Shown: positions 1 to 10,119 of the stretch, one piece after another | How positions within the stretch are numbered: the stretch's first letter is position 1 | Layout of the letters: each line of letters starts with the position of its first letter | Assembly (NCBI RefSeq): GCF_964228735.1 | Contig: NZ_CAXRBQ010000158.1 | Location: 4,343 to 68,342, forward strand | DNA length: 64,000 bases | From: Pontibacterium sp. | GTDB taxonomy: Bacteria; Pseudomonadota; Gammaproteobacteria; Pseudomonadales; Balneatricaceae | Reading direction: 5' to 3' | Translations under genes and position numbers: made by a program | Notes under the pieces: model-generated | What the model saw: the letters and a program-made list of their open reading frames with translations, nothing else | Told to the model about the DNA's origin: nothing | The model's database searches: none

Positions 1-255
1 TTGGTACTCGCAGCATTACTGGCAGGCTGTGCCAGCACAAATTCAGCGGATATGGAATCTATGAGAGAGATGGCGCAACAGGCGCTTGATCGTGCCCAGG
101 CGGCAGAGTCCATGGCTCAGCAGGCGTCTCAAAAAGCCGATGCAGCCTCCCAAGATGCTGCCGCGGCAATGGAAGCGGCACGGGATGCACAGGCGTGCTG
201 TCAGGCCAATACACGTCGTATCAACCGCGCATTTGAGCAGTCCATGCAAAAGTAA
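1..255 (+). CDS. Lpp/OprI-like alanine-zipper murein lipoprotein (5' end outside window)
   Basis: Reading frame is open from the window edge. Lipobox LLAGC is followed by an Ala/Gln/Asp-rich coiled-coil-like sequence ending in a C-terminal Lys (...EQSMQK), as in Braun-type lipoproteins. Confidence 0.55.
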   Translation: MVLAALLAGCASTNSADMESMREMAQQALDRAQAAESMAQQASQKADAASQDAAAAMEAARDAQACCQANTRRINRAFEQSMQK

Positions 256-285
256 CCTCCGCATTCAGGTCCGTCAGCCCACATT

Positions 286-1245
286 TCAGGGCTGGCGTAC
301 CAAGCGCCTCCCTATTTTAACCGGTACACCACTCGCCTCATCCAAAGCGGCCTGGACAGCAGCACTGTTCAGCTGCAAATCTTGAGTTTCATATATTTCC
401 GTCAACAGCCGCCCCAGCGCAGCTGGTACCACAGGTTCACCCTGCTCACCTGATGCATAAGCTGCAGGATGCACCTCCAGGTAAAGCTGATCATTTAACC
501 AACCCAACTTGAACGGTTCATCGACAATTCGCAGTTTTGTCCCGACCTCCACCTGTGCAAACAACGCCACAATGTCTTCCGGATACAGACGTATGCAGCC
601 ATGGCTGACCCGCATCCCTACGCCAGCCGGTCGATTGGTGCCGTGTAACAAATAACCACTCAACCCCAGCCGCAGGGCGTGGCTGCCCAACGGGTTTTCC
701 GGGCCTGCAGGTATCACGTCCGGCAGAGAGATGCCAGCGGCCAGCGCTTCCTCACGAATTGATTGGGGTGGGTACCAGTTGGGATCACTGACCTTGCTGA
801 CAATTCGGGTGGTGGTGACCGGCGTCTGCCATCCTTCCCGACCAATGCCAACAGGATAGCTGTACACCTTGTTGGGCGCCTCGCCTGGATAGTGGTAGAG
901 ACGCATCTCCGCCAGATTAAGCACCAACCCCTGACGTGGACCGGACGGCAGGACAAACTGCAGCGGCAACTGCAGATCGCGTTGCGCCTCGGGCAACCAG
1001 ATATCGAGCATGGGGTTTGCACGCACTATCTCGTCGTACCCCACACCATAACGCCGCGCAATGGCCACCAGCGTGTCAGCCTCGGATACCCGGTGCCACA
1101 ACACACGCCCGACAAGATCCTGCCCCTCGTGCAACGACCAGCTCGCGCCCACCACCGGTCGACCGGGCCAAATCGCACTCCCGATTAGCGCAGCTAACAT
1201 AACCACCCTGGCCAATCCAGTCCTCAGATATCGCTTTGCCATCAT
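286..1245 (-). CDS. L,D-transpeptidase (LysM + YkuD domains)
   Basis: LysM-like segment DTLVAIARRYGVGYDEIVRANP is followed by the YkuD catalytic motif SHGCIRLYPEDI. The ORF extends to 1299, but the MMAKRYL Met pair at 1245 gives a plausible signal/anchor. Confidence 0.85.
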   Translation of the reverse strand: MMAKRYLRTGLARVVMLAALIGSAIWPGRPVVGASWSLHEGQDLVGRVLWHRVSEADTLVAIARRYGVGYDEIVRANPMLDIWLPEAQRDLQLPLQFVLPSGPRQGLVLNLAEMRLYHYPGEAPNKVYSYPVGIGREGWQTPVTTTRIVSKVSDPNWYPPQSIREEALAAGISLPDVIPAGPENPLGSHALRLGLSGYLLHGTNRPAGVGMRVSHGCIRLYPEDIVALFAQVEVGTKLRIVDEPFKLGWLNDQLYLEVHPAAYASGEQGEPVVPAALGRLLTEIYETQDLQLNSAAVQAALDEASGVPVKIGRRLVRQP

Positions 1246-1361
1246 GTCATCAATACATCGCTTCGATTTACCCAGTATAGCCAGATGCCTAACGACCACA
1301 TTGCTGTGCCCTCCGGAACTGGCTACCCTGAAGGCTCAAGCCGTACAGGACGTTCAAAGCA

Positions 1362-2189
1362 ATGCAGAAGCCAAGCAAGATCGTAATCGAGAAGAAACCA
1401 CCTCAGCTGTCCGACGTGGATCTGGACGGCAGTTACATCACCGACCGCGACAGCTACGAAAGTAAGTTGAAGAAGTTGCAGAAGCGCATACTTGCGATCC
1501 AACAGGCCTACCATCACCAGGGACGGCGCGCGATTATCGTGTTTGAAGGCTGGGATGCCAGCGGCAAGGGCGGCGCCATCCGCCGCCTCACCGAACGGCT
1601 GGATCCAAGGGGATTTAAGGTACACCCGATTGGTGTTCCCACGTCCAACGAGCAGGGACGCCACTATCTCTATCGCTTCCAAACCCGCCTGCCCAAACCC
1701 AAAAGTTGGGCCATCTTTGACCGCTCCTGGTATGGGCGTGTTTTGGTTGAACGAATTGAGGAGCTCTGCCCGGAACACGCCTGGCAGCGAGCCTATCACG
1801 AGATCAACGAATTCGAACGTATGCTCAGCGACGATGATGTAAGGATCGTAAAGCTGTTCCTGCACATCGATCCGGACGAACAGCTGCACCGCTTTGATGA
1901 GCGCCTCAACAATCCCTACAAGCGCTGGAAGCTCACGGAGGAAGATATCCGTAACCGCGATAAATGGGATCAGTACACGGAGGCCATCAACGACATGCTG
2001 ACGTATACCTCCACCCAAGCTTCGCCCTGGCATCTGATCGCCGGAAACCACAAGTGGTTTGCCCGCATCCAAGTTTTAAAGACAATAGCGGATCAGCTGT
2101 CGGAAGGAATCGATATCACACCTCCCGAACTTGATCCAAAGATGATCAAGGCTGCCGAGAAGAAGCTGGGACTGACGATAAAGGAATAA
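1362..2189 (+). CDS. ppk2: polyphosphate kinase 2 family protein
   Basis: Single-domain PPK2 signature: IIVFEGWDASGKGGAIRRL (Walker A) and the downstream FDRSWYGRVLVERIE lid-like motif. Length is 275 aa. Confidence 0.85.
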   Translation: MQKPSKIVIEKKPPQLSDVDLDGSYITDRDSYESKLKKLQKRILAIQQAYHHQGRRAIIVFEGWDASGKGGAIRRLTERLDPRGFKVHPIGVPTSNEQGRHYLYRFQTRLPKPKSWAIFDRSWYGRVLVERIEELCPEHAWQRAYHEINEFERMLSDDDVRIVKLFLHIDPDEQLHRFDERLNNPYKRWKLTEEDIRNRDKWDQYTEAINDMLTYTSTQASPWHLIAGNHKWFARIQVLKTIADQLSEGIDITPPELDPKMIKAAEKKLGLTIKE

Positions 2190-2292
2190 ATTCTCTGATG
2201 AACGTGTACCGCAACAAAAGATACGCCATTCTGCAACACCTCTGAAATATTCATCGAGCAATATTAAAAGGTGAATTAAAGAGGATAAGATA

Positions 2293-2502
2293 ATGGATAA
2301 AATGCATCTACAAGCTCAGCTGAAACAGCTTCTGAGCCGCGGCTACACCATCAACGATGTGCGTCAAATGCTGACTGCGCCGAAAAACCTGCTGGAACAG
2401 GTGATTGCTGAGTATCAGCAGGAACGCAACTTCAACCAGCAGAACCTGAACATTCAGCGCCAACAGGCCGAATACGCCATGCACCTGGGTAGCGGACGTT
2501 AA
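2293..2502 (+). CDS. hypothetical small protein (69 aa, helical, Gln-rich)
   Basis: AGAGGA Shine-Dalgarno lies 7 nt upstream of the ATG. I recognise no family. Confidence 0.4.
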   Translation: MDKMHLQAQLKQLLSRGYTINDVRQMLTAPKNLLEQVIAEYQQERNFNQQNLNIQRQQAEYAMHLGSGR

Positions 2503-2710
2503 GTCTCGTTACCCTACCCGCCCTGCTCCGCCTTTCCATATACTCCCTTAGACCAGTTTCCCACCATACGATTGTTCAGCGTCAGTTAACGTACAATTGT
2601 GTATTTACAGTACTAAGGGGATATGACTACACTGCGCCCTTACCAGATTTCGGGTGAGTAGAATCTTTTACTACTAAAACTACTTTTGTGAGCACTGAGG
2701 TAAGACCACA

Positions 2711-3013
2711 ATGAAAAAGGCGATTGTATTTGCAGCTGCAGCTGTTCTGATGTCCACCAATGCGATGGCAGAACGCGCAGGCCAGGAAGTTTACAACACT
2801 AAGTGTGCGGTATGTCACGCAAGCGGCGCAGCAGGCGCTCCTAAGCTGGGCGACGCAGCCGCTTGGGCTCCACGTGCAGCACAGGGTGTTGATGCGATGC
2901 TGGCAGTAGCTAAGTCCGGTAAAGGTGCGATGCCTCCTAAAGGCCTGTGCATGGACTGCAGCGACTCCGAGCTGAAAGGCGCGATCCAGTACATGCTGGA
3001 CAACTCCAAGTAA
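2711..3013 (+). CDS. cytochrome c5-type class I c-type cytochrome
   Basis: Signal peptide, haem-binding CAVCH, the downstream GAMPPKG Met ligand region, and the second Cys pair (CMDC) typical of c5. Confidence 0.8.
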   Translation: MKKAIVFAAAAVLMSTNAMAERAGQEVYNTKCAVCHASGAAGAPKLGDAAAWAPRAAQGVDAMLAVAKSGKGAMPPKGLCMDCSDSELKGAIQYMLDNSK

Positions 3014-3031
3014 GCAGTTTCCAGCACGTAC

Positions 3032-3060
3032 AAAAAACCCGGCAATCGCCGGGTTTTTTT
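3032..3060. terminator. bidirectional rho-independent terminator
   Basis: aaaaaaCCCGGCaatcGCCGGGttttttt lies between the convergent cytochrome c5 and pomB genes. Confidence 0.85.
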
Positions 3061-3080
3061 CGTATTACGCAATTGAAAGA

Positions 3081-4013
3081 TCAGAACACCTCGCCCGGTG
3101 CTTCATTCTCCCGACGAATATCATCCGGATCACCTGCCTGCAGGCGTTTCAGAAGCTCTTTGTCATCGCCCTTCTGCACCACAATCTCAACACGGCGGTT
3201 GCGCGAACGCTGGGCACGGGTTTCGTTTGGCGTCAGCGGCTTGGTTTCTGCGTATCCCAGAATACGGAAACGTTTCTGCTCGATGCGTGGGTCACCAAAC
3301 AGCTCATGCGCTACAGCCAAGGCACGGGCGGTAGATAGGTCCCAGTTGGACTCAAAACGACGTCCGTTGTACGGGATGTTGTCGGTGTGTCCTTCGATCG
3401 CTACTTTACCCTTTACGGTAAGCAGCATGTCGCGAATCTTCGCGAGTACCGGAATCGCCTCAAACTTCAGTTCCGCCTGACCTGAATCGAACGAACCCTG
3501 TTCCTTCAGACGGATAATGATCTTACGTCCTTCGGATTCGACCTCGATACTGCCCTGCCCAATTTCCTTCGCTAGTGCAGCCGCAAACTCCACAGCTTCC
3601 TCTTCGGCCTGCTGCTCCATCTCCTTCTGCATCTCTTCGAAGGCATCGCTCGCCTCCTGATCCTGAATCTCCTGTTCACCCTCTTTCGAGCGTATATCCA
3701 GGGTATTCATATCGTTGTTCACCGTCATCTGGCGAACTTCGTTCAGCGGTGTAGGCTCAGGTCGGCCCGGACTAAATTCCTGCGCGATGATAGAAGTACC
3801 CTTAGGTACATCCTCAACTTTGATTTGGTTCTGTACACCAAAGGCCTCGCGCATGGAACCTGCCAACTGCTTAAACTTCAGTACATCCATCTCAGAGAAC
3901 GAGAGCAGAAGTACGAAGAAGCACATCAGCAGAGACATCAGGTCAGCAAAGGTCGCCAACCATCCCGGTAACCCCGCGGGGCAGGGGGGGCATTCGTGTT
4001 CTTCGTCACTCAT
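3081..4013 (-). CDS. pomB: flagellar stator protein PomB/MotB (OmpA-like C-terminal peptidoglycan-binding domain)
   Basis: N-terminus CPPCPAGLPGWLATFADLMSLLMCFFVLLLSFSEMDVLKFKQ is almost the same as remembered Vibrio PomB, including the plug region and the conserved Asp in the TM helix. The C-terminal OmpA-family motif is NRRVEI. Confidence 0.85.
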   Translation of the reverse strand: MSDEEHECPPCPAGLPGWLATFADLMSLLMCFFVLLLSFSEMDVLKFKQLAGSMREAFGVQNQIKVEDVPKGTSIIAQEFSPGRPEPTPLNEVRQMTVNNDMNTLDIRSKEGEQEIQDQEASDAFEEMQKEMEQQAEEEAVEFAAALAKEIGQGSIEVESEGRKIIIRLKEQGSFDSGQAELKFEAIPVLAKIRDMLLTVKGKVAIEGHTDNIPYNGRRFESNWDLSTARALAVAHELFGDPRIEQKRFRILGYAETKPLTPNETRAQRSRNRRVEIVVQKGDDKELLKRLQAGDPDDIRRENEAPGEVF

Positions 4014-4030
4014 GACATATCCACCCTGTG

Positions 4031-4786
4031 TTAGCCGTCAGTCGCACGCTTGCCTTCTGGCAGGTAGTTCTTCAACATCTGCTCGATAACACGCGGGTTC
4101 TGTCCCGCCTGAATCGCCAGCAGACCGTCGGTAATCAGTGCCTGGTTGAGCGCTTCTTCATCCTTGCGCTGGCCCAGCTTATCCGCCACCGGCAGCGCAA
4201 ACATGGTTGCCAGCATCGCACCGTACAGTGTGGTCAACAGTGCGACCGCCATCGCCGGACCGATCGATTTCGGGTCGGACATATTCGACAGCATCTGTAC
4301 CAGACCCACCAGTGTACCGATCATCCCCATTGCCGGGCCTACATCACCCATCGCGCCAAGGATGGTGATACTGTTATCGTGACGATCAGCCGCCAGTTTG
4401 GCTTCTTTATTAAGGAGTGTCTTAACAACCTCTGGATCGTGACCATCCACCAGCAGCTGAATACCGCGCTGCATGAAGTCACTGCTAACTGTTTTGTCCT
4501 CCAGCGACAGCAGGCCACCTTTACGGGCCGCGTCAGCCAGCTCTACCGTTTCCGCGATGATCACATCCGGGCTGATAGATTTGAACATGAAAGCTTTGCC
4601 GATGACTTTTCCGACCCCCAGGAAGGTCCCCAGGGTGTACTTCATCATCACTACGAAGAGGGTGCCGACGATTACGATCAGCAGGGACGGCACGTTGACG
4701 AATACGCCAATATCCCCACCCATGACCATCGCAGCGACAACCAGGCCAAAGGAGCCGATTAACCCGACGAGCGTTGCTATATCCAC
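4031..4786 (-). CDS. pomA: flagellar stator protein PomA/MotA
   Basis: GTG start with a GGAG SD. MDIATLVGLIG... and GPAMGMIGTLVGLVQMLSNMSDPKSIGPAMAVALLTTLYGA closely match remembered Vibrio PomA. The gene lies directly upstream of pomB. Confidence 0.9.
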   Translation of the reverse strand: MDIATLVGLIGSFGLVVAAMVMGGDIGVFVNVPSLLIVIVGTLFVVMMKYTLGTFLGVGKVIGKAFMFKSISPDVIIAETVELADAARKGGLLSLEDKTVSSDFMQRGIQLLVDGHDPEVVKTLLNKEAKLAADRHDNSITILGAMGDVGPAMGMIGTLVGLVQMLSNMSDPKSIGPAMAVALLTTLYGAMLATMFALPVADKLGQRKDEEALNQALITDGLLAIQAGQNPRVIEQMLKNYLPEGKRATDG

Positions 4787-4965
4787 TCTATAGTCTCCAG
4801 ATCACAACCACAGCATTCTCAAGGTTTTATGAGCGACCCATCATAGCAAAAAAAGTCGCGCATTAACCCCCTAAACGAACGTATGAATTTGATTAATCTA
4901 TGCTAATTGATAAATACCTGCGGCTTCGGTAACGTGTACGCCTTCTATACACACAGGTAAGCCCC

Positions 4966-5208
4966 ATGCCCCGCGCCAAGAAAACCACCGATTTCGAGAC
5001 ATCCCTGAACGAACTGGAAACGCTGGTTAACCAGATCGAACAAGGTGATCTTTCGCTGGAGGACGCACTTGGTGCGTTCGAGCAGGGCGTCAAACTGACC
5101 CGTGAATGCCAGTCGATTCTGGATCAGGCGGAACAGAAGGTTCAGGTACTGATCGAGAAGAACGGCGAGCTGCAGAGTCAGCCTTTTAATAGCGGCGAGG
5201 ATAGCTGA
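4966..5208 (+). CDS. xseB: exodeoxyribonuclease VII small subunit
   Basis: 80 aa with [40 protein letters not shown], typical of XseB. The conserved xseB-ispA-dxs order supports the call. Confidence 0.9.
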   Translation: MPRAKKTTDFETSLNELETLVNQIEQGDLSLEDALGAFEQGVKLTRECQSILDQAEQKVQVLIEKNGELQSQPFNSGEDS

Positions 5209-5211
5209 ATC

Positions 5212-6090
5212 TTGACCATCAAAAACACACTCAAACAGTATCAGCAGCGTGTTGATGCCTACCTCGACCAGACTGTTCTGAAAGACAGTATCGAGCCGCG
5301 CCTGCAGGAAGCGATGCGTTACGCCCTGTTTAACGGTGGCAAGCGTGTCCGTCCGATACTGGTGTATCTGGTCAATCAGATGCTGGGGGGCAAGCTTGAA
5401 GATGCCGACGCCCCTGCTGCGGCCATCGAGTGTGTTCACAGCTATTCCCTGGTCCACGATGACCTGCCGGCGATGGACGACGATGACCTGCGTCGCGGCA
5501 AACCCACCTGCCATATCGCCTTTGATGAAGCCACGGCAATCCTGGCCGGCGATGCCCTGCAGTGTTTTGGCTTTGAACTGCTGACCCAGGACGAAGAACA
5601 GCCGAACCGTAACCTGAAGATGGTGAAGGTACTGGCAAAAGCGTCCGGAGACAGTGGCATGGTCGTAGGCCAGGCCTTTGACCTGGCCAATGTCGGCAAA
5701 AGCCTGACACTGGAACAGTTGGAAGCAATGCACGCCCATAAGACTGGCGCCCTGCTCAACGCAGCGGTCGACCTGGGTGCATTATCCAGCGGCTGCAATG
5801 ACAACGATACCTTCGCGCAACTGCGTCGCTACGGCGATGCCATTGGTCTTGCCTTCCAGGTGAAAGATGACATCCTGGATATCGAAGGCGATACTGAAAC
5901 CATCGGCAAGCCACAGGGATCTGACGTCGAACAGGATAAACCGACCTATCCCGCCCTGCTCGGCATGGACGGCGCAAAAGAAAAGCTGCGCCAACTGCAC
6001 CAGGAAGCCGTCGCTGCCGTACAACCCTTTGGTGATGCCGCCCAACCGCTGGTTGAGCTGGCCGACTTTATCGTCAACCGCGACCACTGA
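5212..6090 (+). CDS. ispA: (2E,6E)-farnesyl diphosphate synthase
   Basis: The two Asp-rich motifs [19 protein letters not shown] and FQVKDDILD are present. The start is TTG. Confidence 0.9.
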   Translation: MTIKNTLKQYQQRVDAYLDQTVLKDSIEPRLQEAMRYALFNGGKRVRPILVYLVNQMLGGKLEDADAPAAAIECVHSYSLVHDDLPAMDDDDLRRGKPTCHIAFDEATAILAGDALQCFGFELLTQDEEQPNRNLKMVKVLAKASGDSGMVVGQAFDLANVGKSLTLEQLEAMHAHKTGALLNAAVDLGALSSGCNDNDTFAQLRRYGDAIGLAFQVKDDILDIEGDTETIGKPQGSDVEQDKPTYPALLGMDGAKEKLRQLHQEAVAAVQPFGDAAQPLVELADFIVNRDH

Positions 6091-7871
6091 TGTTTCAGAC
6101 CATCCCCGAACAGCGTCCGGCAACCCCGTTGCTGGACCGCATAGACAGTCCGTCCGCCCTGCGCGGTATCTCGGCTGACAGCCTTGAACAGCTGGCAGAG
6201 GAGCTGCGTGCCTATCTGCTCTACAGCGTAGGTCAGACCGGCGGACACTTTGGTGCCGGCCTGGGTGTAGTGGAACTGACTATCGCCCTGCACTACCTGC
6301 TGCAAACCCCGGACGACCACCTGATCTGGGACGTGGGCCACCAGTGTTATCCACACAAGATCCTGACCGAACGCCGTGAAGCGATGCAGACCATCCGCAA
6401 GAAAGATGGCCTGGCACCGTTCCCGAAACGCGCCGAGAGCCGTTACGACGATTTCGGCGTCGGGCACTCCAGCACCTCGATTAGTGCCGCGCTCGGCATG
6501 GCGGTGGCTGACCAACTGCAGGGGCTGGACCGTAAAACGGTGGCAGTGATCGGTGACGGCGCAATGACAGCCGGCATGGCCTTTGAAGCACTCAACCACG
6601 CGGCACACACCAACGCCAATCTGTTGGTGATACTGAACGACAACGAGATGTCGATCTCCCACAACATCGGCGGCCTGGCGACCTATCTGGCCAAGAACCT
6701 CACCAAGCGCACCGACGGCGAGACAACCGCCGCCCTGTTTGAGGCATTGGACTTCGAATATGCAGGCCCGGTGGATGGTCACAACTTCCACGCATTACTG
6801 CCTGAACTGACCGCCGCGTTAAACCGGCCAGGCCCTCAGTTCCTGCACGTGGTAACCCGCAAGGGCAAAGACTTTGCACCGGCAGAAGCCGACCCGGTGG
6901 GCTATCACGCCCTGACCAAAATTGAACCGCAGGGACAAAAAACACCGGCGCTGAAAAAGCCTAAGTTCTGCAACATCTTTGGCCGTTGGTTGTGTGATAC
7001 CGCTGAAGAAGACAGCAAACTAATCGGCATCACTCCGGCCATGCGCGAAGGCTCCGACCTGATCGAGTTTTCCGAGCGCTTCGCCGAGCGTTACTTTGAT
7101 GTCGCCATTGCCGAGCAGCACGCAGTCACACTCGCGGCCGGTATGGCGTGCCGCACTATGAAACCGGTGGTGGCGATCTACTCCACTTTCCTGCAGCGGG
7201 CGTACGATCAGTTGGTGCATGACGTGGCGATTCAGGATCTGGATATCCTGCTGGCGATCGATCGCGCCGGCCTGGTTGGTGAGGACGGATCCACCCATGC
7301 GGGTATCTTTGATATTAGCTACCTGCGTTGCGTGCCCGGCATGCTGGTAATGACCCCGTCCGACGAGCAGGAGTTGTACGACATGCTGTCGCTCGGTTAT
7401 CACTACGAAGGCGCCGCAGCTGTGCGTTACCCACGCGGCAGCGGCACGGGTATCGAGGTCAACCGTGAGTCAGCACCGCTGGAGCTTGGCAAGAGCAACA
7501 CCTTACGACGCGGTCAGCGTGCAGCATTGCTGAACTTTGGCCCGCTCCTGCCAGCGGCCAAAGAAGCCGCTGAGGCACTGGACCTGACTCTGGTCGATAT
7601 GCGTTTTGTAAAACCGCTGGATCATGACGCCATTGATCAATTAGCCGCTAAACACGAGCTACTGGTCACCTTGGAAGATCATGCTTTGCAGGGTGGTGCC
7701 GGTTCTGCGGTGGGTGAGTATCTACACCAACAAGCCATCACCACACCTTTGTTGCAACTAGGGATTCCCGACCTGTGGATTGAGCATGCAAAACGCAACG
7801 AGCAATTGGCCGAGTGTGGACTGGATGCCAACGGCATTATCACCGCGATCCAGCAACGACTTGGAAGGTAA
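6090..7871 (+). CDS. dxs: 1-deoxy-D-xylulose-5-phosphate synthase (short variant, 593 aa)
   Basis: Collinear with remembered E. coli Dxs ([52 protein letters not shown]). The start overlaps the ispA stop (TGATG). Confidence 0.95.
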   Translation: MFQTIPEQRPATPLLDRIDSPSALRGISADSLEQLAEELRAYLLYSVGQTGGHFGAGLGVVELTIALHYLLQTPDDHLIWDVGHQCYPHKILTERREAMQTIRKKDGLAPFPKRAESRYDDFGVGHSSTSISAALGMAVADQLQGLDRKTVAVIGDGAMTAGMAFEALNHAAHTNANLLVILNDNEMSISHNIGGLATYLAKNLTKRTDGETTAALFEALDFEYAGPVDGHNFHALLPELTAALNRPGPQFLHVVTRKGKDFAPAEADPVGYHALTKIEPQGQKTPALKKPKFCNIFGRWLCDTAEEDSKLIGITPAMREGSDLIEFSERFAERYFDVAIAEQHAVTLAAGMACRTMKPVVAIYSTFLQRAYDQLVHDVAIQDLDILLAIDRAGLVGEDGSTHAGIFDISYLRCVPGMLVMTPSDEQELYDMLSLGYHYEGAAAVRYPRGSGTGIEVNRESAPLELGKSNTLRRGQRAALLNFGPLLPAAKEAAEALDLTLVDMRFVKPLDHDAIDQLAAKHELLVTLEDHALQGGAGSAVGEYLHQQAITTPLLQLGIPDLWIEHAKRNEQLAECGLDANGIITAIQQRLGR

Positions 7872-7899
7872 GACCCACCTGCAAGATATAAATAGACAC

Positions 7900-7930
7900 A
7901 AAAAAGCCGCTGAATCAGCGGCTTTTTCTC
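7900..7930. terminator. bidirectional rho-independent terminator
   Basis: aaaaaAGCCGCTGaatCAGCGGCTttttct lies between convergent dxs and ribA. Confidence 0.85.
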
Positions 7931-7953
7931 ATCTGCGGTAAGGACTAAACGAC

Positions 7954-8565
7954 TTATTCGTCATCCTTGAAGTGGTGTTCGGTCATCATGTGACCCAGCT
8001 TGCCCATCTTGGTTGCCAGATACTCTTCGTTGTGACGGTTTTTACCCACCTGCAGCGGCACACGTTCCGCCACCGTTACACCGTACTTCTCCAACGCTTT
8101 TACCTTGCGAGGGTTGTTGGTCATCAAGCGCACCTGCTTGATACCAATATGGTCCAGCATCGGCTGACACATGGTGTAGTCACGCATATCGGCTTCAAAG
8201 CCCAACTGCTCGTTGGCTTCCACCGTATCCGCACCACCGTCCTGCAGGTTGTAGGCTTTGATCTTGTTTAGCAAACCGATGCCACGCCCCTCCTGGCGCA
8301 GGTAAAGCAACACACCTTCACCAGCTTCAGAGATGCGTTTCAACGCTTCCTGCAACTGGAATCCACAGTCACAGCGAAGGCTGAACAGGGAATCGCCTGT
8401 CAGACATTCTGAATGAACACGCGCAAGAACCGGCGCATCTCCGCTAGGTTCCCCGTATACCAGAGCCACGTGCTCTTTACCGGTTTCCTGGTCCTCAAAG
8501 CCCACCATCTGGAACACACCCCAAGGTGTCGGCAGCTTGGAGGAAGCCACATACTCAACAGTCAC
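7954..8565 (-). CDS. ribA: GTP cyclohydrolase II
   Basis: AKLPTPWG and the Zn-binding Cys triad in [19 protein letters not shown] are present. GTG start with a GAGGTAAG SD. Confidence 0.9.
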   Translation of the reverse strand: MTVEYVASSKLPTPWGVFQMVGFEDQETGKEHVALVYGEPSGDAPVLARVHSECLTGDSLFSLRCDCGFQLQEALKRISEAGEGVLLYLRQEGRGIGLLNKIKAYNLQDGGADTVEANEQLGFEADMRDYTMCQPMLDHIGIKQVRLMTNNPRKVKALEKYGVTVAERVPLQVGKNRHNEEYLATKMGKLGHMMTEHHFKDDE

Positions 8566-8737
8566 TCAACTTACCTCAAGAATCGAAGCCCGATATTCTA
8601 CAGACTTGTGCAATCAGGCGCATCCTGCATTAATGGTGGCACATATGGGAAATACAACCACTTGCAGTGTAATAAGAAGGGTATTTTGGTAAAAATGCCC
8701 GTAGTCAGGTCGATTACAGGCCATTTTCAGCTAGAAA

Positions 8738-10111
8738 TCAGGCGACTTCTTCCGATTGTTGCGAAATCGGAAACTCTGCTTTCGTGTGAAGCGGCAGCAT
8801 AATGGTGACCCGTAAGCCGTTCAGACGCTCGGATCGATCCAGGGCCAATTGTCCGCCGTACTGACGCACAATATCGGTCACAATACTCATCCCCAATCCA
8901 TGACCATCGGTGGATTCATCCAGCCGCTCCCCGCGGGTCAGCAGGCGCTCAATCTGGTCTTCCGCAATACCCGGCCCATCATCTTCGATCACCATGGTAA
9001 TGCAGTTTTCATCGGCATCAGCCGACACAGACACCTTGGAGTGCGCCCACTTGCTGGCGTTATCCATCAGGTTGCCCAACAACTCCATCAGGTCATCACG
9101 CTCACCCGGAAAGTAAATTTTGTCGCTGACGCGCTGTTGATAGCTGAGGCCTTTGTCACGGTAGATCGCCTTCAGCGTGCGCAGCAGTTTATCCATCTCC
9201 GGTAGCAGATAGATCCGCTGCCCTGGCAACGCGGCACCGGCAATACGGGCGCGGGTCAACTCACGCTGCATCAGATCACGCAGGCGTACCGACTGCTCAC
9301 GCATATCTTCCGCTAAAGCGGGTTCCCTTGGTTTAAGCGCCTCAATCTGACGATCCAGCACTGTCAGCGGCGTTTTAGCTGCATGGGCCAGATTGCCAAC
9401 GGCATTACGCGAGCGCTGCAAGCGTAACTCCATCGCCTGCACCAGATAGTTAATCTCGGTAATCAGCGGATCAACTTCCGAGGTATTCACATGGGAAAGC
9501 TGCCTCACTTCGCCCTGTTTCAGGCGAGCGATATCGCTGCGTACGCTGACCAGCGAGCGCAAACCACTGCGGATAATCATTGCTTGCACCGCCAACAGCA
9601 CAAAGAGGAAAATCATCCCGGTGCCAGCAACCGCCCAGCCCTGCTTCTGCAACGACTGATCAATACGCTCAACGTCCTCCGCCAGCACCAGCTGTACCTT
9701 CAGCCCCTCCTTCATAAAGGCCTGATCAAGCACCAGCCAGGGGTGCCCCGACTTTATCACACGACGCACATACTCCTGCCCGATATCCTCACCTTCGGTG
9801 GTGGGGATCATCTCATCCCAGAGCGAACGAGAATAGAGCCATTTGTCGTTCACCTTCACCTGGAAGTAATGCCCGGACATCGGCTGGAGATATACCGGGT
9901 CAATCAGCTCGCTGTTTACCCGCCAGCCGCCTTTACCGTCCATCTCAACAGCACGCAGGATCGTATATGCATCACTGGACAGGCGCGCACTGACAAAGTC
10001 ATAGGCGGTTTGACGCAGGTACCAGCTGTTGGCCAGCCAGAGCACCACGATAGCCACGATCGAGACCAATAGGAATCCGCTGTTGAGGCGCGTCTGGATG
10101 GAGTTCAGCAT
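8738..10111 (-). CDS. sensor histidine kinase, PhoQ-like
   Basis: Two TM segments flank a periplasmic domain of about 140 aa. H-box NLAHAAKTPL, N-box GNLMDNASKW, and G-boxes DDGPGI and GHGLGMSIV are present. Confidence 0.8.
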   Translation of the reverse strand: MLNSIQTRLNSGFLLVSIVAIVVLWLANSWYLRQTAYDFVSARLSSDAYTILRAVEMDGKGGWRVNSELIDPVYLQPMSGHYFQVKVNDKWLYSRSLWDEMIPTTEGEDIGQEYVRRVIKSGHPWLVLDQAFMKEGLKVQLVLAEDVERIDQSLQKQGWAVAGTGMIFLFVLLAVQAMIIRSGLRSLVSVRSDIARLKQGEVRQLSHVNTSEVDPLITEINYLVQAMELRLQRSRNAVGNLAHAAKTPLTVLDRQIEALKPREPALAEDMREQSVRLRDLMQRELTRARIAGAALPGQRIYLLPEMDKLLRTLKAIYRDKGLSYQQRVSDKIYFPGERDDLMELLGNLMDNASKWAHSKVSVSADADENCITMVIEDDGPGIAEDQIERLLTRGERLDESTDGHGLGMSIVTDIVRQYGGQLALDRSERLNGLRVTIMLPLHTKAEFPISQQSEEVA

Positions 10112-10119
10112 AGCGAGGC

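Noticed and set aside
8724-8740. TTTCAGctagaAATCAG on the plus strand at the 3' end of the kinase gene resembles the direct-repeat box.
   Set aside because: The second half-site is degenerate. The orientation points into the antisense strand of the kinase gene, with no downstream gene or -10 element.
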